A stretch of DNA of 64,000 bases, taken from Scenedesmus sp. PABB004. Its lineage: Eukaryota. Of the stretch, positions 11,832 through 24,164 are shown piece by piece (within the stretch, counting starts at the first letter, position 1; every line of letters starts with the position of its first letter). The notes under the pieces were generated by a model that saw nothing but the letters and a program-made list of their open reading frames with translations, made no database searches and was not told the origin of the DNA. A program made the position numbers and the translations under genes. Location: assembly GCA_014905635.1 (NCBI GenBank), contig JABVCE010000013.1:186001-250000 (forward strand), read 5' to 3'.

Positions 11832-13186
11832 ATGGCGCGTCGCGCTGGCCTTGCGGCCCTGTGCACCCTGGTGGCCCTCCTGGTGGCCCTCGCAGCGCCA
11901 GCCCTGGCCCAGCACTCCGGGATGGACCACGGCAGGGGCACGCCGGCGGCGGCGGCGGCGGCTGCGCCGGCCAACGTCTCTGACCCCTGCATCACCGCGC
12001 CGTCGGCCCCCAGCTGCGCCGACTTCAAGTACCCGCACGCCGCCGCGGTCGCCGACCTGGCGACGCTGTGCGGGGCGATGCACTTCATGGCCGCCTGCAG
12101 CGTCGCGAGGGCATGCAACGCCAGCGGCGCGGGCCCCGACAACCCCACGGGTGCGCGCGCCGCGGCGCCATACCGGGGCGCCCGGCCGCGGTGCCACACC
12201 GGGGTGCCCGGCCCGCTCGCCGCCGCGCGCGCCGACCCGCGTGCTGTGACGCGCGCGCGCTCGGGGGCGCCCAGGCCCCGGCGCCGCCAACGTGAGCGAG
12301 GAGAACCCCGACGTCTGCCGGCCCTTCAACCTCGTGGCCACCGTGTGCCGCCACGACACCGGCATGTCCAAGATGCGCGGTGCGCGGCGGGCGGCGGGCG
12401 GCGGGCGGCGAGCGGCGGGGCCCCGCGGGCAGCCAGGGCGGGGGCGCGCGCGTTTGCGCTGCCGCCCGGCGGCGGCCCACGCACCCCGCCCGCCTGCCGC
12501 CCGCCCGTCTGCCCGGGCCAGGGTGCGCCAACTACAACGCCATGTGCGCCAACGGCAGCGTGGTGGGCATGTGCCGCAACCTCACCGGCCTCGACACCCT
12601 GCCCACCACGCGCACCCTGAACGACCGGGTGCGAGCGCGGCCCCGCCCCGCCCCGCCGCACACGCGCCCGCGCGTGTCAATCGCGCGCCCTGCCGCCGCC
12701 GCGGGCGCCGCCGAGGCCGCCGCGCGCTCGCCGCGCGCCCGCGCCCGCGCCGCAGGTGCGCAGCCTGTGCACCGACATGCCCGGCCACACCGGCTGCGAC
12801 CTCTGCCTGCCCAGCTTCAGGGCCAACGCGACTTGGGGCGACTGTGACCTTCTGGCCGTCTACGGCACGGTCTGCGCAGAGATGCCAGGTGCGGCCGGCT
12901 GTTGCATGGGTGGTGTGAAAGCGCGGCGGCGCGCCGGGCGCGCGCCCACGCCCCGCCGCGCGCCGCGCCGGCAGAGATGGAGGGCTGCGCCGAGTGGGAG
13001 GCGATGTGCAGCGCCGACCACAGCCCGACCTTCTGCGCCGGGCACGACCACGACCACAGCAACCACACCGCCGACGCTGCGGCGCCGGCGGCGCCCAAGG
13101 CCGCGGCGAGCGGCGCGCCAGCGGCGCGCGTCGGGGCGCTCGCGCTGCTGGCCGCCGCGGCCGGTGCCGCCGCGCTGCTGCTGTGA
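11832..13186 (+). CDS. CTR-type copper transporter ectodomain protein (CTR3-like) without the Ctr pore domain; signal peptide and GPI-like tail
   Basis: Signal peptide MARRAGLAALCTLVALLVALAAPALAQ. Repeated CxxMxxMxxC-type motifs (LCGAMHFMAAC, CRHDTGMSKMRGC, LCTDMPGHTGC, VCAEMPEMEGC). His-rich GHDHDHSNH. Hydrophobic C-terminal end ALALLAAAAGAAALLL*. Confidence 0.8.
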
Positions 13187-13730
13187 GCCGCCGGCCCCGC
13201 GGTGGCTCGGCGCCAGCTTCCGGGCGCCGCTTGGGGCGGCGGCGGACAGCGGGCGCGCGCCTGTGCGCGCGGGCGCGTCGGCGCGCACTGCGAGGGCATA
13301 TCTTTTGTTCGAGTCTGCTCGAGGCTGGCGGCCGGCTGAACCTCAATCCCATGCACTTGCACTTGCAAGGTGCGCCAGGAAACCCTACCCGCACGCGGCC
13401 GACGTCGGGCGCCCCGCGCCCACTGGCTGGCAGCCCCGCGCGCCAGCCCGGCCCGCCGCCGCACCGCACAGCTCCCCCGGGGGCATGCGACCCTGCGGCC
13501 CGACACAGCACATTGCTGACAGAGTCGGTCCATGGTCTCACGCACGACCATCCACCGGCAGCAGCGCCAGATTTCGGCGCACGAGGTGCACACAGTCCTG
13601 CCCCGCGCATGTGCAGACCCGCCAAAACAATCAACACGATCGACAGGGTTCAAACTCGACTCTCGACTCTGACGTCACAGTGAACCGATTGAAGTGCGAG
13701 TGAGCCGTGGGTTGGCCGAGCCCGACCGCC

Positions 13731-14765
13731 TCACGCCTCGCCCCGCCGCAGCGTGTCCAGCACCGCCCAGCACGCGGCGCCCGCCGCGGCGACCATCACC
13801 GCCTGCACCCACCCCGCCGGCGCGCTCGCCGCGTCGTCGGGGCAGTCGGGCCAGAGCGCCTGCAGCGCCTGCTGCTCTGGCGCCTCCCCGCGCGCGCCCG
13901 TCGCCGCGCCGGGGGGGTCGCGGGCCCGCGGCCGCCGCCGCGCGCGCGCCTCGGCCAGCCAGACGACCAGCGTCGGCAGGCAGAAGCCGACGCCCAGCTG
14001 CAGCAGCAGCAGCAGGTCCACGCAGCTCTCAAACGCCTGCTGCTGCGGGTCGCCGCCACCGTCGCCGCCGCCCCCGCCGCCGCCGCCCGCCGCCGCGGCC
14101 CACGCCGCGACGAGCTCACGGCCGCCGCGCACGTCGCCGAGGTCGCCGCAGACCGCAGGCACGCTGCCGAGCATGAAGGCGAGCGTGTGCAGCGCGTGCA
14201 CCGGCAGGTGCAGCCGCAGCGGCAGCGGGCTGCCGAGGCTGTGCCACATCAGGGAAACGACGCCGCCGCGCCACGCAAACGCGCTGAACAGCGACTCCGC
14301 GTCGTCGCGAAACCAGCGCCCGACCTGAGGGCACTGTGAATACCCGCGGACGCCGCCAAACCAGATGATGGCACCCCGCAGTGCGAGCACGATTGGTGTG
14401 CGCGCGGCCGCGTAAAGGCCGGGGGCGAGCTGCAGCAGCGCGAGCTGCGCCGCCGCCGCCGCGGCGAGGCCGTGGCCCATGCGCTCGCACGCGACGAGCC
14501 GCGGCGTGCGAGGCACCGGCGAGCCCGGGAGCAGCGAGGCGAGCATGGTCAGGTTGCCAGGCAGCGCCATGAGCAGGAACAGCGCCGCGCTCCAGCGGTC
14601 GACCACCATCGCCAGGCTGCGCTTGCTCGCGCCCGCGCCTGCGCGAGCGCCTGCTGGCACGGCGGCCGCCGAGCCGGTGGCGCTGCTGCTGCTGCTGCCG
14701 ACGGCGGCGGCACCGCTGGCAGCGCCGGCCGCGCACGACGCTGCTGCCCGCTCGTTCCCCTGCAT
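13731..14765 (-). CDS. Hypothetical multi-pass membrane protein (apparently single exon)
   Basis: ORF 13731..14816 has several hydrophobic segments (WSAALFLLMALPG, LLLLLQLGVGFCLPTLVVWL, WVQAVMVAAAGAACWAVL). First ATG at 14765. Confidence 0.6.
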   Translation of the reverse strand: MQGNERAAASCAAGAASGAAAVGSSSSSATGSAAAVPAGARAGAGASKRSLAMVVDRWSAALFLLMALPGNLTMLASLLPGSPVPRTPRLVACERMGHGLAAAAAAQLALLQLAPGLYAAARTPIVLALRGAIIWFGGVRGYSQCPQVGRWFRDDAESLFSAFAWRGGVVSLMWHSLGSPLPLRLHLPVHALHTLAFMLGSVPAVCGDLGDVRGGRELVAAWAAAAGGGGGGGGDGGGDPQQQAFESCVDLLLLLQLGVGFCLPTLVVWLAEARARRRPRARDPPGAATGARGEAPEQQALQALWPDCPDDAASAPAGWVQAVMVAAAGAACWAVLDTLRRGEA

Positions 14766-15146
14766 GAGCTGCTGACGATCTACTCGCCACGCGGCCTGCG
14801 TGCACAGGAGCCGCACGCCAGGCCGCTAGAGCGGCGCCGGCGGCGGCGAAGCCATCTGGCAGCGACCGCTCCGCCCGCCCCAGCGGGCGCAGGCGGCGTG
14901 CTGGCGCGTTGCGCTCTGCGTGCTCTGGGGCGTCTGCTGCAGGCTGGCCGGGCCGCGCGGGTGCGGGAGCGCGCGGGCCTGCGTGCGCGAGCAGCAGCAG
15001 CAGCCCTCTGGCTCTGTGGAGCTGTGATCGGGCGTGCGACGGGAGCTCTCTCTGATAGTCGCGAGCGCGCAGGCATCGTCGGCGGCGGCGGGCGCGGCGG
15101 CGTTTCACTGCGCCCTGCGCCCTGCGCCGCCGCTCGGCGGGGCCGC

Positions 15147-17570
15147 TCAGCTCGCGTAGGTGGGGTCAAACGTGGGGTGCACCATGGTGCCGTCCACCGC
15201 GCGCAGCGCCACGTTGGCGGGGTCGACGTAGACGTTGCGCCACAGCCACTCCGGTGGCGGCACCGCGGCGGCCTGCGCGGCGACGCGGCGCGATGCGGCG
15301 CGTGGGCGGCGCGTGGGCGGCGCGTGGGCGCGCGCTCGCGCGCCCCAACCTCCCCTCCGAATCCCTGCGCGCGCCTTGCTGTCCTCCACCGCCGCGTCGA
15401 CCTCCTTCTTGACCGCCTTCTCGATCGCCTTGAGCGCCGCCGCGTCGTAGCCCTGCGCGACGAGCAGCTTGCGCACGCGCTCCACCGGGTCGCGCTCCTG
15501 AGCGCGGCGCCGCGGCGCGGCGGCGCGGCGGTGGTCAGCGCGGGTCGGCGGCGCGCGGGGCGCCGGGCGCGGGGCGCCGGGCGCGGGGCGGGCGGGCAGC
15601 AGCGGGGGCGGGGCGGCACCTGGCGCATGGTGCTGATCTCGTCGCGCGTGCGGTAGGTGCTGCCGGGGTCGGACATCGAGTGCCCGTGGTACCTGCGGCC
15701 CGGCCGCGCGCGCGCCGCGGCGGCGGCGGCAGCCGACGCTCGGGGCCTCTCGCGCGCCGCGCGGCCGCCACGCACCCGCCGGCGGCGAGCGCACGCGCCC
15801 CACGCGCGGCCCCAGGAGCCCCCCCCCCCAACCCCCAGCCCTTCCGCGCCCCCGCACGTGCCTGTAGGTGTCCATCTCCAGGATGATGGGCCCGTTGTCC
15901 AGCGCATACTCCTTGGCAAACGCCACAGCCTGAGGCGCGGCCGCGCGGTCGCGGCCGCGCGTGGGCGGGCGGCGGCGGCGGCCGCGCGTGGGCGCGCCCT
16001 GGCGCGCGGCGGCGCGCCGCCCGGCGCCCGAGCTGGCCGCCTGCGCCCCTCTGTGCCCCTCCCCCGCCCGCCCCGCTCACGTGCTTGACCGCCAGCACGT
16101 CCATGCCGTCGACCTTGAGCCCGGGGATGTAGTCGCCGCGCGTGTAGAACGTGCTGCTCTTGGCCGCGCGCCACTCGGCCGTGCCCATGCCTGCGGCGCG
16201 CGCGCGGGCACGGGCGCGTGGGCCACGGCCGGCGGCGGCGGCGGCGGGGGCGCCCCCGCCGCCCCTCACACACGCGCACACGCACATTCACGCACAGCGA
16301 CCCGCCGTCCTCGCGGCGCGCGCGCGCGCACCATAGTGGTTGTTCTCGCAGCAGAAGATGACGGGCAGGTTCCACAGGCCCGCCATGTTCAGCGCCTCGT
16401 ACTTCTGACCCTGGTTGGCCGCGCCATCGCCTGCGGCGCGGCCGGCGGCGTCGGCGGCCGCGCCGCGTGCCCCGGCGCGACCGCCGCGCGCGCGCCTGCG
16501 GGGCTGCTGCGCCTGCCGCGCCGCCGCCGCGGGCACACGCACCGTACATGGTGATGGCCACGTTGCGCTTGCCCTGGTACTTGAGCGCAAACGCGAGCCC
16601 CGCGCCGAGCGGGATCTGCGCGCCCACGATGCCGTTGCCGCCATAAAAGTTGGCCGCCTTGTTGTACCTGCGCGCGAGGGGCGGGCGCGCGTGGGCATGC
16701 GCGCGCGGCGCCGCGCGGCGCCGCGCCGCGCCGCGCCGGCCGCCGGCGCGCGGCGCGCGGCGCCCGCCCGCGCCCCGCGGCGCCGCCGCGCCGCGCACGG
16801 CCCCGCGCACATGTGCATGCTTCCGCCGAGGCCGCGCGTCGCGCCGTCGCGCTTGCCCATGAGCTCGGCCATGACCTGCTTGACAGTGCCGCCGCGCGCG
16901 AGGTGCTGGCAGTGGTCGCGGTAGCTCGTGATGACCGCGTCGTCGCGCGTGAACGCGTACTCGATGCCCGTCATGACAGCCTCCTGGCCGTCGTACCTGT
17001 GTGTGCGCGCGGGGCCGGGGCCGGGGCCGGGCGCGGTCGCGGCGGTCGCGCGCGGCGGCGGCGGCGTCGGCGGTGCGGTCGCCCGCCGCGCGCGGCGGCG
17101 GTTGCTTCGAGGAGCGGGCGCGGGGGCTCACAGGTGGCAGAAGCCGCGGATGAGCTTGGCCTTGTACATCATGTCGGCCGCGATCTCCATGCGGCGCATC
17201 CGGTACATGAGCTCATACATCGACAGCAGCTCGTCGATCGACGTCTCCACCATGTTGCTCGGTGGCTCAATGCGGTGAGCCTTGCATGGCAGCACCTGCG
17301 CCGGCGGGTCGCACATGACTGGGCGCGGCAGCGCGCCGGGGCGGGCGCGCGGGGCGCCGGGAGGGGCCGGCGATGGCCGGGACGCAACGCAGCGTGCTGC
17401 GCCCAGCCCGCCGCCGCCAGGCTCCAGCGCCCCCGCCCGGCCGCCCCACGAACCTCCACGGTGAACTTTTCGCTGCTGCCAGCCGCGAAGCCGCGCGCCA
17501 GGGCGCCGCCCAGCGCGGGCAGCAGGCCCTGCCCGCCCAGGGGTGCCCGACACACGCTCCTGAGCGCCAT
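15147..17570 (-). CDS. PDHA1: Pyruvate dehydrogenase E1 alpha subunit, mitochondrial
   Basis: [80 protein letters not shown] and [13 protein letters not shown] are spread over multiple exons. Presequence-like N-terminus. Confidence 0.97.
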
Positions 17571-17849
17571 GGTGGTGCTGCTAAGGACCTGATCTGGCCC
17601 CACGACGCGGTCGCCGGCGATTGCGCAGCAGCAGGGCGTCGGCGCCGGCGCTAGGGTTGGGCGGCGCCGCTGTTCTGCGCGCGCCGCGCCGCCACCGGGT
17701 CGCCGGCCCGCCCCGACCCCCTGCACAGCCCCAGCAGGACGCGCGCAGCAGAACGCGCCCGCCCCCGTCCTGCGATCGCCCGCACCAACCAACACCGCGC
17801 CGCGCGCCGCCGCTGCTCATCCGTCGCCGCCGCCCGCACGCGCGCCGCG

Positions 17850-18955
17850 ATGCTGCGCGGCCTGTGGGCGGCCTACGAGGCCGCGCTCGCGGCGCACCCG
17901 GTCAAGACGCAGATGGTCACGTCGTGCGGGCTCTGGGCCGCGGGCGACGCGCTCGCGCAGCGCATCGAGCACCTTGAGGCCGCGGCGTACGGCAGCGCCG
18001 GCAGCGCCGGCGGCGGCGCCAGCGCCGGCGGCGGCGGCGGCGACGCCAGCGCCAGCGGCAGCGCCGCCGCGCCGCCGCCGCCGCCGTTTGCGCTGGACGC
18101 GCGGCGCTGCGGGCTGACCGCGGGCTTTGGCGCCGCGTTCATCGGCCCCGTCGGCCACCTCTGGTGCGTCGGCCACCTCTGGTGCCCACCACCACCCGCC
18201 GGCCCCAGGCGCCCCCGCGCGCCGCCGCGCCTTGCACCATGCGCCGCGCCCGCGCCGCCCTCAACCCTAAACCCACAGGTACCAAGGCATCGACGCGGGC
18301 TGCCGCCGCCTCGTGCCCGGCGGCGGGCCGCGCTTCCTCGCGGCCAAGGTCGTCCTCGACTCGGCGATCATGGGCTCCCTCTACGTCGTCGCGTTCTTCG
18401 CCTTTGGCTCGCTCGTCCTCGACGGCGGCGGCCTCGCGGGCTTCCAGCGCAAGATGGCGGTGCGGCGCGCGCCGCCGGCAGCGCCGCGGCGCAGCGCGGT
18501 GCCCGACGGCCGCGGCGCCGCGGACCGCAGGTCGACTTTGTGCCGACGTATGCCGCGGAGCTCGCGGTCTGGCCGCTCGTGCAGGTGGGTCAGGCGCTGC
18601 CAGCGGCCGCTGGCTGCGCTCGCGCTGGCCGCTCGCGCTGGCTGCGGCGCTCGGGGGCACGCCGAGCCGAGCCGCGGCGCCCACATGCAGACGGCGAACT
18701 TCAGCGCCGTGCCGGTGCGGCACCAGCTGCTCGTGGTCAACACGTTCTCGCTGCTGGACGCCGCCTTCATCAGCTGGTGCGGCAGGCAGCGCGCGCGCGC
18801 GCGCGCGCGGCGCGTTCCCTCTGCCCCGCGCAGCGCCGACGCCGCGGCGCGCGTGCCGCGCCGTCTCCAGGGTGGGGCACCAGGAGGACTGGCTGGGCAA
18901 GGTCAAGGGCCGGCTCGGGCTGGCCGGCGGCGGCGGCGGCGGGCGCGGCGACTAG
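17850..18955 (+). CDS. Mpv17/PMP22 family membrane protein
   Basis: YEAALAAHPVKTQMVTSCGLWAAGDALAQRIE, FIGPVGHLWY, AKVVLDSAIMG and WPLVQTANFSAVPVRHQLLVVNTFSLLDAAFISW. Confidence 0.93.
18585..18690 (+). repeat. Intron sharing an 83-bp identical block (18605-18687) with an intron of the next gene
   Basis: Identical by eye to 20606-20688. Confidence 0.9.
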
Positions 18956-19563
18956 CGGGCAGCGTCGAACGGTCGAATGCCGCCGCGCAGCAGCAGCACG
19001 CAGGCTCGCACGCCCCACCAGACGCAGGCCCTCCTCGCCGTCCTCCTGGAGTGCACCGCGCGGCCGACGACGGCCGGCATGTGACACGGGAGCGCGTGCG
19101 CGCGCTTCCCAACCAAAAAACTCGCTTGCTCGCCGCCGGACGCCGCGCCGCGTCGACAGCCGCCACCGACAAGCGTAAGCACTCCGCGCGTGGAGGGGCT
19201 GCGCGATCAGCTGCACTCGGCGCGAGTGGCGCGCGCTCCGGGCCGCAGGCGGGAGCGCAGGCGCAGGCGCAAGGGCAGCGCGGGTGCGAGCGTGCGCCAC
19301 GCGCGGCTGCTCTCGGGCCGGCGCGCTCGCGGCGCGGGGCCCGCCCGCCCGCGCGGCAGCAGCGCGCGGCAGCAGCGCGCGCGGGCCGGCCCCGCGCCGC
19401 GCGCCGGGGGCCCTGCGGCCCCCGCAGCGCGCTGCGTGAGGTGCCGCGTGCCTTGAAGCTCGCCCACGCCCGCCGCTAACGGCCCGCGGGGCTCGTAGGG
19501 CTTGGGCGGCGCCGCCGCTGCTCGAACGTCGGCGCGCGCGCGCGCCGCGCGGCGCCCGCCCCG

Positions 19564-22500
19564 ATGACGGCGCCGGCGGGCGGCGGCGGCGTGATTCAGG
19601 TCGCGGCCGCGGCGGGCGGCGCGGCGCCGGCCGGCAAGCCCGCGCCCCCGCCTGCGCCGCCCGGCAAGCCCGCGGCGCCCGGGCCGTCGGCGGCCGCGGC
19701 GGCGGCGCTCGCGGCGGCCAAGCTCGGCCTGGCGGACCAGCTCGAGAGCGCGCTCGCCGCGGCGCCCGGCGCGGCGGCGCTGCGCGACCTCGACGGCCGC
19801 GGCTGCCTGCACTACGCGGCGGGCCTGGGGCACGAGGAGTGCGTGGAGGTGCTCCTCGCGGCCGCGGGCCCCGGCGCCGCCAAGGCGCGCGACCGCGGCG
19901 GCGAGCTGCCGCTGCACCTCGCGGCGGCGCAGGGGCAGCCGATGTGCGCGTACCAGCTCGCCAAGGTGAGGCGCGGCGCGGCGCGCGGGACACGGCGCGC
20001 CGCGCGCCGCCGGCCTGCTTGCCCAGCCGCTCGTGCGCCGCCGCGCCGCCGCCGCGCGCGCAGGCCTGCCCCGGGTGCTGCCTCGTGAAGGACGGCTGCG
20101 GGCGGACGGCGATCGACGTCGCGTCGGCGGCGGGGCGGGGCGAGGTGCTCAATGCGCTGCTGCTCGCGTGCGCCGGCGACGGCGGCGCGGTCGCGGTCGC
20201 CGCGATGCGCGCGCTGCTCGCCGCCGGCGCCGTGCCCGACACCTGGGCGCCCAACGGCAGCAGCGCGCTGATGCTGGCGGCCGCGGCGGACGGCGTGGCG
20301 GCGCTGGAGGTGCTGCTCGACGGCGGCGCCACGGTGGAGCTGCAGGACGCGCTGGGCCGCTCTGCGCTCATGTTTGCTGCCGGCAGCGGCGCGACAGACG
20401 CGTGCCGGGTGCGCGCGCGCGCACGCGCCGCGGCCCGCCGTGTCCGGCGGCCTGCCGCGCCGCGGCGGCGGCCGCCGCGCCCGGGCGCCGAGCGACCGCC
20501 TCGCCCCGCTGCCCCTGCCAGGTGCTGCTGGAAAGCAGCGCGAGCCTGTCGGCGCGTGACCGGCGCGGCAGGGCGGCGCTCGACTACGCGCCGGCAGGTG
20601 GGCCAGGCCGCTGGCTGCGCTCGCGCTGGCCGCTCGCGCTGGCTGCGGCGCTCGGGGGCACGCCGAGCCGAGCCGCGGCGCCCACATGGCGCCGCCCGCG
20701 CCCCGTCGCAGGCTCGGACGCCGCCAAGCTGCTGCAGCAGCGCCTGGAGGAGCTGGAGGGCGTCGCAGACCGGCTGCAGGCGCAGCTGCTGGAGGAGGGC
20801 GCAGGCGCAGGCGCGCCCGGCGGCGGCGCCGCGGCGCCGCAGGCCGGGGCCGGTGCGGGCGGCGCAGCAGCGGCTCAGGGCGGCGCTGGCGGCGCAGCTG
20901 CCGGCAAGAAAAAGAAAAAGAAGGACCGCAAGGCCAGCAAGGCCGCCGGCGGCGCCAGCGCAGCGCCCGGTGGCGGCGCAGCGGAGCCGGCGGCGCCCGC
21001 GCCGGCCGCGCCTTCGCCGGCCGCGCCAGGCGGCGCCGGCGCAGTGGTGGGGCAGGCGCCTGAGGCGGCCTCGCCAGAGGCGGCCTCGCCAGAGGAGCAG
21101 GGGCCGCGCAGCAGCGGCGAGTCGGCTACCGGGGGCACCACGCCCGCGCCGGCCTGGGCCGGCCGCGCCGCTTCCGGCGCCGCGTCGCCGGACCCGCCCG
21201 CGCCGGCGCCAGCAGGCAGCGACGAGGAGCAAGGCGACTGGCAGCTGGTCCTGCCCAAGGGCAAGCAGCGCGCTGCGCACGGCGACGCGGCGCAGGGACC
21301 GCCGGCGCACGGCGGCGCCGCGCTGCCCAGCCGCGCCGGCGGCGCGCCGCGCGCGGCGCCGCCTCGCCCCGCGGCCGAGCAGCAGCAGGGCCCCGCCGGC
21401 GCGAAGCAGCTGCAGCAGCAAGCGCCCAGCTGCGGCGCCAGCGACGCGGCGCCGGGCGCCGCCTGCGCGCCGCTCAACCCGGGCCACCGCCGGCAGGGCT
21501 CTGCGCACAGCCTGTGCAGCAGCGCCAGCGTGGCGAGCTATGACAGCGTCAGCAGCGGGACGCCCAGGGCCGGCAGCTGCAGCTGCATCAGCTCCTGCAG
21601 CCATTCCGCCCCGCAGCAGCAGCCGCGGCCCCAGGCGGCGCCGCGGCCGGCGGGGGCGGGCAGGCCGCCGCCGGTCGCCGCGCTGCCGTCGCCCGGCGGC
21701 CGGCCGGCGACGCAGCCAGAGGCGCCTGCCTCTGGCTTCAAGGCCGCCCTGCTTGGCATCGCCGCCAGCAGCGCGCCCGGCAGCAGCGCCGGCGGCGAGC
21801 AGGCGGCGGCGCCGGGCGGCGAGGGCGCAGCGCCGCCGCCGTCCAGCGCCACCGCCGCGCCGCCGGCGGGCCCTGCCGGCTGCGGCGACGTCTGCGCTGC
21901 CGCGCGCGAGCCGCACGAGGGCGCGCCGGCGCCGGGCGACGACCTGGCGGCGCAGCTGGCAGCGGCGCGCGCCGAGGCGGCGGCGGCGCGGCGCGAGGCG
22001 GCCGCGCTGCAGGCGGCACTGCGGGAGGCGGGCCGCGACCACCAGCGCGAGCTCGTCGCCGTGCTGGAGGACGCGGCGCTGCACGAGACCGCGGCGGTCA
22101 ACGCTGCGAGCGAGGCGGCGGTCGCTGACACGCTGCAGTCCGCGCTCGTGCGGCAGCTGCTCGCGGCGGCGGCGCAGCAGGCGGTGGCCACCGAGCGCAC
22201 GCGCATGCAGATGCGGCTGCAGGCGCTCGGGCTGCCGCCCGCGGTGGTGCTGCAGCTGCTGCTGGGCCCGCTCACGGGCGCGCCCGCGGCGGCAGCGACC
22301 GCGGCGCTGCTGGCCGCCGCCGCGGCCGCGGCGACCGCGGCGGCGGGCGGTGCCGCGGGGGGCGGCGCCGCGCCGGACGAGCCCGGCGGCGGCGGCAAGG
22401 CGTCGCTCCTGGGGGCGATGCTCGCGGCCGCCAACAGCGCGGCGGACGCATTCACGCCCGGCGCGCCCGCGCGCCAGCAGCTGCAGGAGCATGAGGAGCA

Positions 22501-23209
22501 GCGGGGGCACCGCGCGTCAGGCGGCGGGGCGGGCGCGGAGCTGCCGGCCGGCGGGCTCGCGCTGGACCTGCGCAGCGAGTACGCCGGCGGCGGCAGCGCC
22601 TTTGTGGCGCCGGCGCAGGCGCCGGCGCGGCCCGGCGCGGCGGCGCGCGGGGGCGCCGGCGAGGGAGGCTGGCGCCGACGCTGCAGCGGCGCCGACGGCG
22701 GCGCCGACGCGTGCGGCGCCGACGCGTGCGGCGCCGACGCGTGCGGCGCCGGCGGCGGCTGCGCGACGCGGAGCAGCAGCAGCAGCAGCCTGGCCATGAG
22801 CATCGTCGACGACGCCGAGGTGTGCACGCACGTGGGCAGCTTCGGAGCGATCGGCGGCGGCCCGCCGCCCTGCTCGCCCCGCTCGTGGGCCAGCCGCGGG
22901 CTGTCCTGCTCGCCCGCGGCGGGCGCGCTCAGGGGCGCGGCCGCGGGCGCCGGCGCGGCGCCGTCGCCGCTGGGCCCGGGCGGCGCGCTCGCCGCGCAGC
23001 GCCGCGGCCTCGCCGCCGCCGCCGCCGGCGGCAAGGGCGCGGCCGCGCCGGGCGCGGGCGACTGGCTGCCGCGCTTCTCCCTCACCGGCGGCGCCGGCGC
23101 CGGCGCCGGCGGCGGCGGCGCGCTGGGCGGCCCCGCCGCGGAGGGCGCGTGCGCTGGCAGCGGCGACCGGCGGCCCAGCCTCGTTGATCTCCTGCCTGAC
23201 CAGCTCTGA
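19564..23209 (+). CDS. Ankyrin-repeat protein with long low-complexity/coiled-coil C-terminus
   Basis: Ankyrin repeats GRGCLHYAAGLGHEECVEVLL, GELPLHLAAAQGQ, GRTAIDVASAAG, GSSALMLAA and GRSALMFAAGSG. KKKKKKDRK motif. Long final exon 20712-23209. Confidence 0.85.
20598..20711 (+). repeat. Intron sharing an 83-bp identical block (20606-20688) with Mpv17 intron
   Basis: Identical by eye to 18605-18687; both introns begin CAG|GTGGG. Confidence 0.9.
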
Positions 23210-23985
23210 GGCTGCCGCGGGCCCCGCGCACCGCGGCGGGCGAAGAAGAATGCGCGCGGCCGGGCTGCGCCGGCGGCAGAGGGGAGGGGAGGGGGAGTCG
23301 ACCGGCGGCCGCGCCGCCCAGCCAGCGCTGGGCGGGCGCCGCGGTGCTTGGCACCGAGCGTTTGGGCTGCAGCGAGCGGCGGCGCGCGCACAGCACGCAG
23401 GGCGGGGGGCGAGATCCGTCGGGGGCGCGGGCGGCGGGGGCATTCAGGGGGTTGTTGGCCCCAGACCGGGGCGGGGCTGTGCGCGCTGCCGAGGGGGCGG
23501 CCGCGGGGGAGTGCTGCCGTGCCAGCAGCCGTGCATGGCGCGCACGCGCTCAGCCGCGCCGGGCGAGCCCGCTTGCGAAACAGCGAGCGCCCGGCGGCGA
23601 CCCCGCCCCAGTTCGTGCTCGGCAGATCAGAGTTGTCGCTGCGTTGGCGGACGCCAGCCCCTGGCGTGTGCGCGGCGCGCTTGTACCTGTGTCGTGTTGT
23701 TTGTACAAAATGCCCGGGGCGTGTAGACCTATCGGTGGCCCCTGGAGGGAGCGGGGGGGGGCTCGCTCGCTGCCCGGGGATCGCGGCGCGGGCGGCGGAC
23801 CGGCGGCGGCAAGGTTAGGTTAACAAGCGGCCGGCCGCGCCCACAGTGCCCCGTGTCGTCGCGTGCAGCTTGCAGATGCCGTGCCTCCGTGTCGGGCAGC
23901 AGCAGCGGTGGTGGGTGGGTGGGTGGTGTCGCCTCGCGGCGCCGCCGCCTTGCGTGACAGCCTCGCGGCGCGCACGCGTTCATGA

Positions 23986-24164
<179 letters not shown>

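Noticed and set aside
13640..13665. B-box-like GGTTCAAAC suggesting a tRNA or SINE
   Set aside because: No A-box or cloverleaf could be built.
18263..18274. Telomere-like AACCCTAAACCC
   Set aside because: Under two units inside an intron near the branch region; too short to support.
18770..22510. 1246-aa minus-strand ORF and many similar long Arg/Ala/Pro-rich ORFs
   Set aside because: Shadow ORFs caused by stop-codon scarcity at very high GC; they overlap recognisable spliced genes.
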